The notes under the pieces are model-generated. The model did not search any database, was not told where the DNA came from, and was given only the letters and a program-made list of their open reading frames with translations. A DNA stretch of 61,470 nt from a virus (Duplodnaviria > Caudoviricetes): positions 1 to 61,470 of the IMG/VR virus record IMGVR_UViG_3300034200_001057; one strand, 5' to 3'. The position numbers were made by a program, and so were the translations under genes. Positions 29,193 to 38,135 of the stretch are shown piece by piece (within the stretch, counting starts at the first letter, position 1; the number at the start of each line of letters is the position of its first letter).

Positions 29193-29494
29193 TGGCAACG
29201 AGAACCAAGGGAGTACCAACTGCACTTGATGGCTATGTTGCCTACCCCAGAGAATGCCGTGACCTCACGGGGAGGTTCATCGGGGCACTCACGGTGATGG
29301 GATACGTAGGGACCGATAAGACGTGTAACTGGTGGGAGTGCCTCTGCACTCAGTGCCTAAGAGTCGTACGGATTAGGGACCAGCACCTAAGAACGGGAGT
29401 CGTGAGAAGTTGTGGGAAGAAGGGGTGTAGGGCAGAGGCGAAGGTTTGGAGGAAGCTTATGAAGCAACAGGCGAAAGGGTGCCGCAGGATATGA
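29192..29494 (+). CDS. Cys-rich domain like the N-terminus of phage HNH/AP2 proteins
   Basis: RDLTGRFIGALTV, WECLCTQC, HLRTGVVRSCG. Confidence 0.6.
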   Translation: MATRTKGVPTALDGYVAYPRECRDLTGRFIGALTVMGYVGTDKTCNWWECLCTQCLRVVRIRDQHLRTGVVRSCGKKGCRAEAKVWRKLMKQQAKGCRRI

Positions 29495-29500
29495 CCGACT

Positions 29501-29786
29501 AACAGCGGAATACAGTCCCGATACTCGGTTCAAGTCCGAGGTTGTTTCGAGAATCAATCGGGGAGTAGTGCGCTCCTAAAGTAGTTGCACCTGGACCGTT
29601 GAGAGGCGGTTTGCTTATGGGCGAAGACATTTTAGAGAGTTTATGAGGATGCCCGCGCAAGACCCGGAAACTCTTTCGACACCTTAGCTCTTTCGTGTCG
29701 TAAAAGAAAAAGGTGAGCCGTGCGGATGAGAGGCCGCGTCTTATTGAGCGTGGGAGAAAGGGGAAACAACCTCCCCACGTTCACCA
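29501..29786 (+). ncRNA. Candidate structured ncRNA with a tRNA-like T-arm minihelix
   Basis: AACAGC...CTCGG-TTCAAGT-CCGAG-GTTGTT followed by about 5 hairpins with G-U pairs on the + strand and GNRA loops; ends ...TCACCA. Confidence 0.5.
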
Positions 29787-29840
29787 CGATTAACCCCCGC
29801 AATTTTTCCGTAACCGTCTTGAGTTAACCGTAGGAGCATT

Positions 29841-29933
29841 ATGATCAACGAAGAGAACCACCTCGACGCATTCATCGTCATGGTACTTACCCTTTGCCTT
29901 GCCCTTACCTTATTCGAGATGTTCTATGGTTAA
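29841..29933 (+). CDS. 30-aa single-pass membrane peptide, not in the ORF track
   Basis: AGGAG SD; MINEENHLDAFIVMVLTLCLALTLFEMFYG; overlaps the next start. Confidence 0.5.
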   Translation: MINEENHLDAFIVMVLTLCLALTLFEMFYG

Positions 29934-30126
29934 CTTCAATCGATTACCACCACTTCAAGAGGACGTTCACTTCTACGAGGTCGAAGCCCCGCGATTGATG
30001 CGAGAGGCCCTCGCTGAACTTGCAGCCGACACTGAGAAACATATCACTATCGACATCGTGCACGGTGCATCATCGATGCTCGTGGTGTTTGACCGCATCA
30101 TTAAGCAGAGGCAGAGCGAAAGATGA
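29926..30126 (+). CDS. Hypothetical protein
   Basis: Coupled ORF MVNFNRLPP... Confidence 0.45.
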   Translation: MVNFNRLPPLQEDVHFYEVEAPRLMREALAELAADTEKHITIDIVHGASSMLVVFDRIIKQRQSER

Positions 30127-30467
30127 CTCAGTATCGATACGAACGAAACGTACAGAGTGCCTCCCAGAGCATTGTTGACGTTGCAGCGCGTGGTGACCTT
30201 GAGGACCTTCGCGCTCATGTAGAGAACTTACTTCTGAGGGGCGGATACTCTGCGCCAAACCTCTCGTTTGTTCTTGCAAGAGCACTCGCCGCAATGGATA
30301 AGCGATGCGAGTTCTTCGAGGTTACGTTGCATGATGCGATGAACAACCATCTTGATTACCTTCTCACACTAGGACCGGAGAAGGTCAGCAGCGAGCACAT
30401 TGAGGGAGCGATGGAGCTTTACAACCTCGTCGATTTACTAGTGAAACAATATAAATCAGGTGCGTGA
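30123..30467 (+). CDS. Hypothetical protein
   Basis: ATGA-coupled 114-aa helical ORF. Confidence 0.5.
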   Translation: MTQYRYERNVQSASQSIVDVAARGDLEDLRAHVENLLLRGGYSAPNLSFVLARALAAMDKRCEFFEVTLHDAMNNHLDYLLTLGPEKVSSEHIEGAMELYNLVDLLVKQYKSGA

Positions 30468-30470
30468 TTC

Positions 30471-30507
30471 TTTTTTGTTGACACCATAGAGGAAGGTGTG
30501 GCAAAGT
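30471..30507 (+). promoter_or_regulatory. Repeated sigma70-like promoter, copy 1
   Basis: TTTTTTG-TTGACA-18 nt (ending GTGG)-CAAAGT. Confidence 0.6.
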
Positions 30508-30540
30508 ACGAATACCGAAACAAAATAAACATGGGGGCAC

Positions 30541-30795
30541 ATGTACGAAGAACGAAAACAGGATGACTCTCTTGAGTCACTCTCTCCACCGCAATCACGG
30601 CCACTCAACATATATCTTAACGGCGACTCTATCGCCATATACTGCCGTGATAAGCCAATAGTCCGCGTAACTGCTGAGGACTATGACACTCTCTATAGTG
30701 CAATCAATCTTCTTAACGGGATTATCGGCAATGAGCTTTCTCTCGAAGAGATTAGGGAAGTGCGTAATATCTTATTGGAGGTAGTGGGGTCATGA
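30541..30795 (+). CDS. Hypothetical protein
   Basis: First ORF after the promoter; GGGGG SD. Confidence 0.5.
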   Translation: MYEERKQDDSLESLSPPQSRPLNIYLNGDSIAIYCRDKPIVRVTAEDYDTLYSAINLLNGIIGNELSLEEIREVRNILLEVVGS

Positions 30796-31037
30796 AGACT
30801 GTTGTGATTGATGGGGTGGAGTATGAGGAAGTAAAGCGAGAGGGTTCATTCTTGGAAGGTTGGATAATTGCTTTTCAGCCCCTTCCTCCCAAACGAAAGA
30901 CCATCGTGCAAGTAGCGGCGGATGTGCATGAATATAAAGAGGATGAATATCGAAAGCTTTACCTATCTAGCACCGCAGTCTACGACTACATCGAACAACG
31001 CCTACAGGCCATCGAAAAAAAGCTGGAGGAGAAATGA
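30792..31037 (+). CDS. Hypothetical protein
   Basis: MKTVVIDGVEY; ATGA-coupled. Confidence 0.5.
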   Translation: MKTVVIDGVEYEEVKREGSFLEGWIIAFQPLPPKRKTIVQVAADVHEYKEDEYRKLYLSSTAVYDYIEQRLQAIEKKLEEK

Positions 31038-31143
31038 GCAGAATCAACTGGGCAAACCTCGCTGTACTTCTTTTTTTCGCTGCGTATTTTTCAGCGGTAG
31101 GCTACGGGCTCGTCTCGCTTGTGCGATGGATGGGAGGGGAGGG

Positions 31144-31494
31144 GTGAGCGAAGAATCAAAGATTGCATACGGGTGGTGTTTAATTGGCATCAACGGGCAC
31201 CCAGTTTCCGATTCGGTATCAGAACTACCGGAAATTGAGGAGCGAGAGCAGGAGTGCGTAGTGATGTGGCGGCATGACTACGAGCACTTAACCGAATCTC
31301 TGAAACATCGTGAGGAACTGTACTGGAAACTTACGGCTGAGTTTGACGCGATGCGGGGGGAGCTGGTCACGCTATCGAACGCAATCAGGATGCTCGACAA
31401 CTACTTGGCAAACGATGCCCAAATGGACCATGCGCTCGAACTGGAGGCGCTGAAGATTTCGGACAGGTATAAGACCACGGAGGACCATGACTAA
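31144..31494 (+). CDS. Hypothetical protein
   Basis: GTG start after GGAGGGG; coiled-coil C-terminus; the longer ORF-track start is unlikely. Confidence 0.45.
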   Translation: MSEESKIAYGWCLIGINGHPVSDSVSELPEIEEREQECVVMWRHDYEHLTESLKHREELYWKLTAEFDAMRGELVTLSNAIRMLDNYLANDAQMDHALELEALKISDRYKTTEDHD

Positions 31495-31795
31495 CGACGA
31501 CGAAGGCCAATACTGGGCAGAGATGCAAGCGGAAGCACAAGCAGCAGAGGCCGAGGCAGCAATGGCAGCGGAAGCAGAGTATCAGCAGGAGATAGAGCGA
31601 CAATTGACCGTTGGGCAGATGTCTGACATTCAATGCCCGAAGTGTGGATGCAGAACGCTGATTAATCGGCGTGGTGATGTTTGGTGCTCGTTTGTTGGAG
31701 GGATAAACCAGGCGGCCTGTGATTACTCGACCAAGATGCTACCGGAGGAAATACAGAAGCTCGTTAGTAAGCACTTTTGGGAGCTGTTGGCATGA
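31487..31795 (+). CDS. Zinc-ribbon protein
   Basis: CPKCG...WCS...ACDY; GGAGG SD. Confidence 0.55.
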   Translation: MTNDDEGQYWAEMQAEAQAAEAEAAMAAEAEYQQEIERQLTVGQMSDIQCPKCGCRTLINRRGDVWCSFVGGINQAACDYSTKMLPEEIQKLVSKHFWELLA

Positions 31796-32055
31796 CTAAC
31801 GACAAGCAAACAGCGGAAGAGGCGGCGAGGGGGTATTGCGACCAGTATTCTTGGAATGACCCACGAGAGGAAGATGCCGAGGCCGCTTTCCTCGCTGGCG
31901 TCCGCTGGGCTCAAGAGCGGGAGAAGGTGCTTTGGACCGGATGGGCAATGATAAACAACGACGGCACGATAACTCAGGACTCGCCTATTCTTGACACCGA
32001 GCCTTGGAAGACGGGGAAGTATGTTCGTGTCAATATTGTGGAGGTACCGGAATGA
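31792..32055 (+). CDS. Hypothetical protein
   Basis: AAFLAGVRWAQ; ATGA-coupled. Confidence 0.5.
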   Translation: MTNDKQTAEEAARGYCDQYSWNDPREEDAEAAFLAGVRWAQEREKVLWTGWAMINNDGTITQDSPILDTEPWKTGKYVRVNIVEVPE

Positions 32056-32782
32056 AGAAGCAGAGGGAGCCGAGGGCGATGTGGTTTGTGTTTAACGACG
32101 AGCGTAATCATTCGTTTGTGACGTACGATTGGAAAGAAGCAAGAGCTTGGAAAAGGCATGGGTATGCTCCAGTGAAATACGTGCGCGAGGTTAAGAGGAG
32201 AAAGAAGTGAGTAACTTTAATCCATTTGGGAATGATAGCCTTGGATGGTGGGCGGATACATCAATGCTGATAGGCATATTCTGCGGTATTGTTATTTACT
32301 TTCTAGGATGGGGCCTTTTTATCGCCTCGCCACTTGTGCTGGTGTACCAGGTGTTTTTTAAGTAACGGAGGGCCGAGAGCGATGAGCAGCGATAGCGGAG
32401 AGAGTGAGGTGGTAATGTCGATAGACGGCGAGGGGAATGGATTTTTTCCGCTGTGTGATTTCTGTGAGTCGCACTATATCTCGGATTCCACGTGGTCGGG
32501 GGAACTGTGGAGCGAAGAAGATGGAGACAACGAGCCCCCGGAGGATTCAGTTCCATGCGTCGTGTTGTGGCCTAATAGCTAGGTCGGAGATTTTAGGATG
32601 GGTATGGAAGGGCGTAAAATCATTCAAATAGCAATTGGTGACCTCGGATACATCGTAGCCATGTGTGACGATGGGACTGTGTGGTTTCGTAGGGGAGTTT
32701 GGGACAATAGCGATCCGTGGTATCAGATACCGCCTATTCCTAGAGTCGAAGAACTAACCCCGCCTAGCGAGTAAGGAGAAGT

Positions 32783-33034
32783 ATGCCCGACAGAACAAAG
32801 ACACACGGAGAGTACAAGGACCAAGCAGAGATGGCCGAGAGATTGCGAGAGACAATGCGCCTTGGATATCCAAGGTTTCCCAGGTACCAGAGTGCTGCAC
32901 TGACGTTGATTGCGGAAAAGCTTTCTCGCATCATCACGGGCGATAGCAACTTTGAGGACCATTGGCTCGACATCGCGGGCTATTGCGAACGAGTTTTAGA
33001 AATATTGCGTAAGGGGGCACATGGAAACGAATAA
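32783..33034 (+). CDS. DUF6378-like small helical protein
   Basis: THGEY...ALTLIAEKLSRIITGD..FEDHWLDIAGY. Confidence 0.7.
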   Translation: MPDRTKTHGEYKDQAEMAERLRETMRLGYPRFPRYQSAALTLIAEKLSRIITGDSNFEDHWLDIAGYCERVLEILRKGAHGNE

Positions 33035-33662
33035 ACTAGTAGCAGCAAGGAACGCATACGTTTCCCAGGTACTTGAGTGGCGACAACCGCAGATGCCGGA
33101 GACCACGGAGTACATTTATCAGCTAGAGCAATACATCGGTGAATGCGAGCACTACCTCAGAGCATTTCACAAGCTGCCGCCGGTGACCGACCTACGCTCT
33201 TATGCGTTGAGCAAAGAACCGCTCGTGCAGGTCAGCGACAGCGGCAGCGAAAGTGGACCCGCGACCGTTGACGAGAATGTGCTCCTCGCTACTGAAGAGT
33301 TGGCACAACCACTGACTCCCAGTGCTACGGGAAGCATTGAAGTCCATCGAGAGCCAAAGCCCCTCTTCGACGCATCGAGCGTGGAGAGTGGAAAGGAGTT
33401 CAGCGGATTGAGTATCGAAGAGTCGAGGGGCGGGCATGTTCCTCCGAAGGATATTGACTCCCTTCAGTATCTCATAGACCTCATCACCGACATAGAGCTT
33501 GACATGACCAACGCATTCATTCACCGTGAGAAGAGTATCAATAGTGTGATTGACGGCACCATCACGGCTGTGATTAGTGCAGTCAACAAGGAGCGTATAC
33601 GCGTAGTCTCGCAGTTTGCCGCGACGCTCCGGGAAAAGATTTCAGCGTCAAGAGGTTTCTAG
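33021..33662 (+). CDS. Hypothetical protein
   Basis: 213-aa ORF with SD; followed by a 10-bp stem (CGTCAAGAGG/CCTCTTGACG). Confidence 0.55.
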   Translation: METNKLVAARNAYVSQVLEWRQPQMPETTEYIYQLEQYIGECEHYLRAFHKLPPVTDLRSYALSKEPLVQVSDSGSESGPATVDENVLLATEELAQPLTPSATGSIEVHREPKPLFDASSVESGKEFSGLSIEESRGGHVPPKDIDSLQYLIDLITDIELDMTNAFIHREKSINSVIDGTITAVISAVNKERIRVVSQFAATLREKISASRGF

Positions 33663-33804
33663 GTTGCCTCCTTCCCCTCTTGACGTTGTTTCGGCCTGTG
33701 TGGTCCCGAGCAGGTAGCCCGTAAGGGTTCGGGGCTCTTAAAACACCATTATTTCTTTGCACTTTTTGTGCTTCTCTAGTTATTCCGCATACTTAGCAAG
33801 ATGC

Positions 33805-33841
33805 TTTTTTGTTGACACTTCTTCTGCATTCGTGGCATCAT
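33805..33841 (+). promoter_or_regulatory. Repeated sigma70-like promoter, copy 2
   Basis: TTTTTTG-TTGACA(33812)-18 nt-CATCAT(33836) with extended -10 TG. Confidence 0.65.
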
Positions 33842-33889
33842 AACTGTATTGAAGATGAGCGAACCGAAACGCGCTCGAATGGAGGAAAA

Positions 33890-34090
33890 ATGACAATCCG
33901 ATACCACATCAAAGTAAGCACCGAGACAACAGCAAGCAAGGCAGCTCAAGGTTACGGCGCATTCGACGGCGTGACAATAGTGTCAGCATGTCTCGACACT
34001 CTCAGATTGGACGTAAACGAGGACGACGCTGAATGGCTTGAAACCGTCCTCGACGAGGATACCGATGTAGTAAGTTACTCGGCAGACTAA
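33890..34090 (+). CDS. Small acidic early protein
   Basis: GGAGG SD, hairpin upstream. Confidence 0.55.
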   Translation: MTIRYHIKVSTETTASKAAQGYGAFDGVTIVSACLDTLRLDVNEDDAEWLETVLDEDTDVVSYSAD

Positions 34091-34131
34091 ACGACTACAA
34101 CGCCGGAGCAATCCGGCACCTGGAGGCAAAA

Positions 34132-34308
34132 ATGAAAAAGCACGCAATCTGGACAGCGTACAAACAAGGTAATCAGTGGGTAGTCAATGACGGTATATAC
34201 ACTAGCCCCCTACATTACAGCGTTAAAACGTTCCGCGATGTTCAGGCTCAAGCGAAGCACGTTGAGCAACGAGACGGAATCAAGATAACCCTTAAGAAAG
34301 GCAAGTAA
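34132..34308 (+). CDS. 58-aa basic early protein, not in the ORF track
   Basis: GGAGG SD; MKKHAIWTAYKQGNQWVVNDG... Confidence 0.55.
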   Translation: MKKHAIWTAYKQGNQWVVNDGIYTSPLHYSVKTFRDVQAQAKHVEQRDGIKITLKKGK

Positions 34309-34354
34309 GAAACAACGCCGAGCCCCCGAAAGGCTCGGCAGCATGGAGGCAAAG

Positions 34355-34606
34355 ATGAAAACATTCAACGCTCAAGATTACGCAACGGAGTTTTACGACG
34401 GTTACTGGTCGGCACCCGAGGTCCTTTTTGCAATTGAACAGGTTGCAGAAGAGAAACTACCTGGAGCATTAGCGCAAAAGATTTGGGCGGAACCTGGACC
34501 GGATGAGTTCGTAAGGGTTGAGGCCATGGCGTTCACACTTAACACCACCGACAGCATTTTACGTTGGGGCATGTCTGAGATATACCGCGATAGAGTAACG
34601 GCATAG
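34355..34606 (+). CDS. Hypothetical early protein
   Basis: GGAGG SD, hairpin upstream. Confidence 0.55.
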   Translation: MKTFNAQDYATEFYDGYWSAPEVLFAIEQVAEEKLPGALAQKIWAEPGPDEFVRVEAMAFTLNTTDSILRWGMSEIYRDRVTA

Positions 34607-34614
34607 GAGGCATC

Positions 34615-34917
34615 ATGAACAAAGAACCGAAAACAACACACGCATGGGCATGGTCAGACAATGAGCATCCCGAGCTTCGCAACATATCCAGGACAAAGTA
34701 CTGCCAGGAAGTTGGACCGGTAGTCGTTATCTGGGAAGATGATTACGAGGCAATGAGAAAGGAATTAAAGCAGCTTCGAGCGTTAACCGCCGAGTACAAA
34801 GCCCTAATCAAAGTATGCGAGCGATGCGGAAAGAAAGACTTTCATGAGTTCGTGCGATGTGGTTCATTGGGGCTGGACTACTGCGAATCGTGCTACGACG
34901 AAATGTGTCCGAAGTAA
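34615..34917 (+). CDS. Zinc-finger protein
   Basis: CERCG...RC...YCESCY. Confidence 0.55.
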   Translation: MNKEPKTTHAWAWSDNEHPELRNISRTKYCQEVGPVVVIWEDDYEAMRKELKQLRALTAEYKALIKVCERCGKKDFHEFVRCGSLGLDYCESCYDEMCPK

Positions 34918-34928
34918 CACGGAGGCCA

Positions 34929-35183
34929 ATGCACCAAAGTAATAAACTACGCTGCCGCCTGCATCGCGGACTTCTCGAAGAGTCTCTTGCCACTACGTTC
35001 GAATTCTCCACGCTGGAGCAGTTGGCCGAGAACCTTAACTGCAAACCCCGCGAACTAAAGTTTTCATACTACGGCTATGATGACAGATGCGATTGGGATG
35101 TTTGGCTTGTATTTGAAAACGAATTCCCTATTGCTATGATTGATAGACTGATACCCACAGAGGCCAATGCATCACAACCTTGA
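34929..35183 (+). CDS. Hypothetical protein
   Basis: GGAGG SD before MHQSNK; R.HRG.LEESLAT, YYGYDDRCDW. Confidence 0.5.
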   Translation: MHQSNKLRCRLHRGLLEESLATTFEFSTLEQLAENLNCKPRELKFSYYGYDDRCDWDVWLVFENEFPIAMIDRLIPTEANASQP

Positions 35184-35601
35184 AACCATCACAATCCGCG
35201 AAGTAGCTTTGACCTACCCCCGCCACGTTGAGCGATTAAAGAAAGCCACGGGTCAAGAAGATGCCGCAGCCATTGTCCGCGAGATTGTCGCAGGTAGACC
35301 GCAGGAGCATTTTATTGTTCTTCACCTCGACACAAAAAACCAAGTGGTGTCCTACTCGATTGCGGGAATCGGAACGGTTGACAGTTGCTTGATTCATCCC
35401 CGAGAAGTTTTCGGCGTTGCTCTCCGTGCCAATGCCTCAAATATCATCATCGCTCACAATCACCCCTCAGGAGATTGCACACCGTCGCCACAGGACCGCG
35501 AAGTAACACGACGTTTGAAGGATGTAGGCGAGATTATAGGATGCCAAGTACTTGATTCTCTTATAGTTTCTCAGGAGTCGTTTCATTCACTCATGCACTG
35601 A
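35167..35601 (+). CDS. RadC-like JAB/MPN domain protein
   Basis: QEHFIVLHLDTKN, GTVDSCLIHPREVF, AHNHPSGDCTPSPQD, VLDSLIV. Confidence 0.92.
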   Translation: MHHNLETITIREVALTYPRHVERLKKATGQEDAAAIVREIVAGRPQEHFIVLHLDTKNQVVSYSIAGIGTVDSCLIHPREVFGVALRANASNIIIAHNHPSGDCTPSPQDREVTRRLKDVGEIIGCQVLDSLIVSQESFHSLMH

Positions 35602-35613
35602 AAGAAATGATTC

Positions 35614-35650
35614 TTTTTTGTTGACACCTATCTTTAAGGTGTGGCATCAT
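35614..35650 (+). promoter_or_regulatory. Repeated sigma70-like promoter, copy 3
   Basis: TTTTTTG-TTGACA(35621)-18 nt-CATCAT(35645); shares GTGGCATCATAACTRTATTGA with copy 2. Confidence 0.65.
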
Positions 35651-35714
35651 AACTATATTGACAGTGAGCAATGCCGAAACGTTGCGAGCTGGTAAACAAA
35701 TGAATGGAGGCAAT

Positions 35715-36005
35715 ATGCAAGTAGCAGAAACAATTCTTTCCCAACTCGGTGGACGTCAGTTTATCGCAATGACAGGTTCTAAGAACTTTGGAGGAACTGA
35801 GAACTCTCTTTCTTTCAAGCTCTCTCGCAACAAGGCAGGAGCAACCCACGCAAGAATCGTACTTACCCCGATGGATGAATACGATTTTGAGTTTCTTGCA
35901 GTCCGAGGAACAACGGTAAAGACAGTGAAGAAGGTAGAGGGTATTTACTGCGACCAACTCAGAAGCACGTTCGAAGAAGTAACAGGACTCTATACTTCAC
36001 TTTAA
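35715..36005 (+). CDS. Hypothetical early protein
   Basis: MQVAETILSQLGG..FIAMTG.KNF...IYCDQL...FEEVTGLYTSL; GGAGG SD. Confidence 0.65.
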   Translation: MQVAETILSQLGGRQFIAMTGSKNFGGTENSLSFKLSRNKAGATHARIVLTPMDEYDFEFLAVRGTTVKTVKKVEGIYCDQLRSTFEEVTGLYTSL

Positions 36006-36058
36006 TGATACCGCCCCCGACCGAAACGGGGGCAACTTAAACAACAACATGGAGGCAC

Positions 36059-37021
36059 ATGAAAACAGCAGAGCAATTAAAACACGAAGCAGAGCAAGCA
36101 AAGAAAGCAGCAGAACGCGAGTTCCAAACATCAGAGTACCCACGACTAGGAAAAGCAGCATACACCGGACTCGCTCATGCTCTTGAGCAACAAGCCGAGG
36201 TACTATCTCAACCAGCACCAGAGCCCAAAGACTCAAACAGCTACGAAGAGCGACGAGCGGCAAGGCTCGAAAGACTCCGACGCCGTGCGGCACATCTTCG
36301 AGTTGAAGCAGCAAGGGCAGATGTTCGAGCCCATGACATTGGAAGAAACATCCCTTTCGGTCAGCCGATTCTAGTTGGTCACCACTCCGAGCGAGGACAT
36401 AGAAACGCAATCGAGAAAATGCATCGTTCCTACGAGAAGGGGCGAGAGCTACGAGATGCCGCAAGCGATGCAGCACATGCAGCAAGTGCAGCGGAAAAGA
36501 ACAATGCTATATCTTCAGATGACCCAAGAGCCATCGAGAAGCTATCGCAGAAAATCGCGCATCTCGAAAAGGAACGCGAGGACATGAAAGCCTTTAACAA
36601 GTTGATGAAGAAGAACGACATCGAGGGCATGAAGGCGCTAGGGTTCTCAGAGGAGAGAATTCACAAGCTCTTGAATCCTCAGTTTTCCTACTACGGAAAA
36701 GGCTTTCGCCCCTATGAGCTTTCTCTGTGTGGTGCAGAGATACGCCGCTGTAAAGCACGGATTGCCGAGATTCAGCGAAATCAACAAAGTACGGTAATCA
36801 ATCACACCGCTTCATGGTTCAAGGCGTTCGAGGACCAAGGCGAGAATCGTATATGCTTCACCTTCGACGGCAAGCCAGCCGAGGAAGTTCGCAATGTGCT
36901 AAAATCCCGAGCTTTCAAGTGGTCACCATACCGCACCGCATGGGTTCGCATGATTAACGCATCGGGCCGATACGCAGCAAAGGACATCATTGCAGAACTG
37001 ATAAAGCTTAAAGGCGAATAA
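36059..37021 (+). CDS. DUF3560-domain protein
   Basis: YEERRAARLER, IPFGQPILVGHHSERGHR, ISSDDP.AIEKL, FDGKP.EEVR..LKSRAFKWSP...AWVR. Confidence 0.8.
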   Translation: MKTAEQLKHEAEQAKKAAEREFQTSEYPRLGKAAYTGLAHALEQQAEVLSQPAPEPKDSNSYEERRAARLERLRRRAAHLRVEAARADVRAHDIGRNIPFGQPILVGHHSERGHRNAIEKMHRSYEKGRELRDAASDAAHAASAAEKNNAISSDDPRAIEKLSQKIAHLEKEREDMKAFNKLMKKNDIEGMKALGFSEERIHKLLNPQFSYYGKGFRPYELSLCGAEIRRCKARIAEIQRNQQSTVINHTASWFKAFEDQGENRICFTFDGKPAEEVRNVLKSRAFKWSPYRTAWVRMINASGRYAAKDIIAELIKLKGE

Positions 37022-37038
37022 CCAAGGAGGACCCCACC

Positions 37039-37218
37039 ATGCACCGCTACACAATCGAGAAAGTACAAAACATCCGCCGCGTTTACCTTTATGAGGTACT
37101 CGCACCGAGCGAGGAACTAGCGTTACTCAAGATGAACGAGGTCACCCCGGTAGGGGTAGACAATGACCTTGAGTCCGAGGAGGTCAACGTACTGAGTGAT
37201 GAGAACCTAGAGGAATAA
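37039..37218 (+). CDS. 59-aa acidic protein, not in the ORF track
   Basis: AAGGAGG SD; followed by the hairpin GCCCC-TGTAAAAT-GGGGC. Confidence 0.5.
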   Translation: MHRYTIEKVQNIRRVYLYEVLAPSEELALLKMNEVTPVGVDNDLESEEVNVLSDENLEE

Positions 37219-37286
37219 GGAAACGCCCCTGTAAAATGGGGCTTAACACATGTTGCATTGTTGTAGCGTTAACCTGAGATAGCCTA

Positions 37287-38135
37287 TTGGCTTCGGTGTC
37301 TTACCTGTTGTACTCTTTGTCTGTGATTGAACGTACTTGCCTTGGATGCGCATCTCTTTTTAGAATTTCGAAGCCATCTCGCCAACAGTATTGCTCGCAA
37401 AAATGTCGTCTTGCGACAAAGCAACAGAGATTCAAGAAAGCAAATCCTAATTATTGGACTTCTTGGGAAAATGCAAACCGTGAAAAGCGTCGTGCTCAAA
37501 ATCGCAGACTCTATTCACTTGACAAAACCAAGCACATTGAACGATCAAAACAATGGCACGCTGCTAACCCCAATTACCGACGAGAATATAAGCGACGAAA
37601 CCGCGAAGCGATTAACGCTGCGAATCGCAATTATTACGCACTCAACATCGAGCAAATAAGACTCTACCAAAAAGCTTGGCGGATGAAGAATGCCGATAAA
37701 CTTCGAGCATTAGCAAAAGTATACCGAGAACGGGATATCGCTAAAACGAGAGCACAGACTCGTGAGTATCACAGAAAACACCCACACTGGAAGCGTGCAA
37801 GCGAAGCACGGCGAAGAGCCAAGAAGAAAGGTGTCACGCCGGAACAGCATAAACAAGTTCTAGAGTTTTATCGTCATGTGAGTTTAGCAGAAGTAATTGA
37901 GTGTGTTTGGTGTAATAAAAACATACCAAAAGGACTAAGACACGTTGATCACATTGTGCCGCTTTCTCGCGGAGGTCTTCATCGCAGGGATAACTTATGC
38001 TGTGCATGCTTTGATTGTAACGTGCGAAAAAGAGACAAACTTCCCGATGAATGGCTGAAGGAAATTGGGAAACCCTTAGACTACCTTGCGTCAGTGATAG
38101 CAGAATCTATAACGCCGGAATCTGCTGAAACGTAA
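37287..38135 (+). CDS. HNH homing-endonuclease-like protein
   Basis: N-terminal CxxC..YCSxxC; basic helical repeats; CVWC...HVDHIVPLSRGGLH..DNL..AC..CN..K. Start uncertain. Confidence 0.88.
   Translation: MASVSYLLYSLSVIERTCLGCASLFRISKPSRQQYCSQKCRLATKQQRFKKANPNYWTSWENANREKRRAQNRRLYSLDKTKHIERSKQWHAANPNYRREYKRRNREAINAANRNYYALNIEQIRLYQKAWRMKNADKLRALAKVYRERDIAKTRAQTREYHRKHPHWKRASEARRRAKKKGVTPEQHKQVLEFYRHVSLAEVIECVWCNKNIPKGLRHVDHIVPLSRGGLHRRDNLCCACFDCNVRKRDKLPDEWLKEIGKPLDYLASVIAESITPESAET

Noticed and set aside
29501-29550. Functional tRNA gene
   Set aside because: Only about 46 nt, with no D arm or proper anticodon arm; kept as a tRNA-like element.
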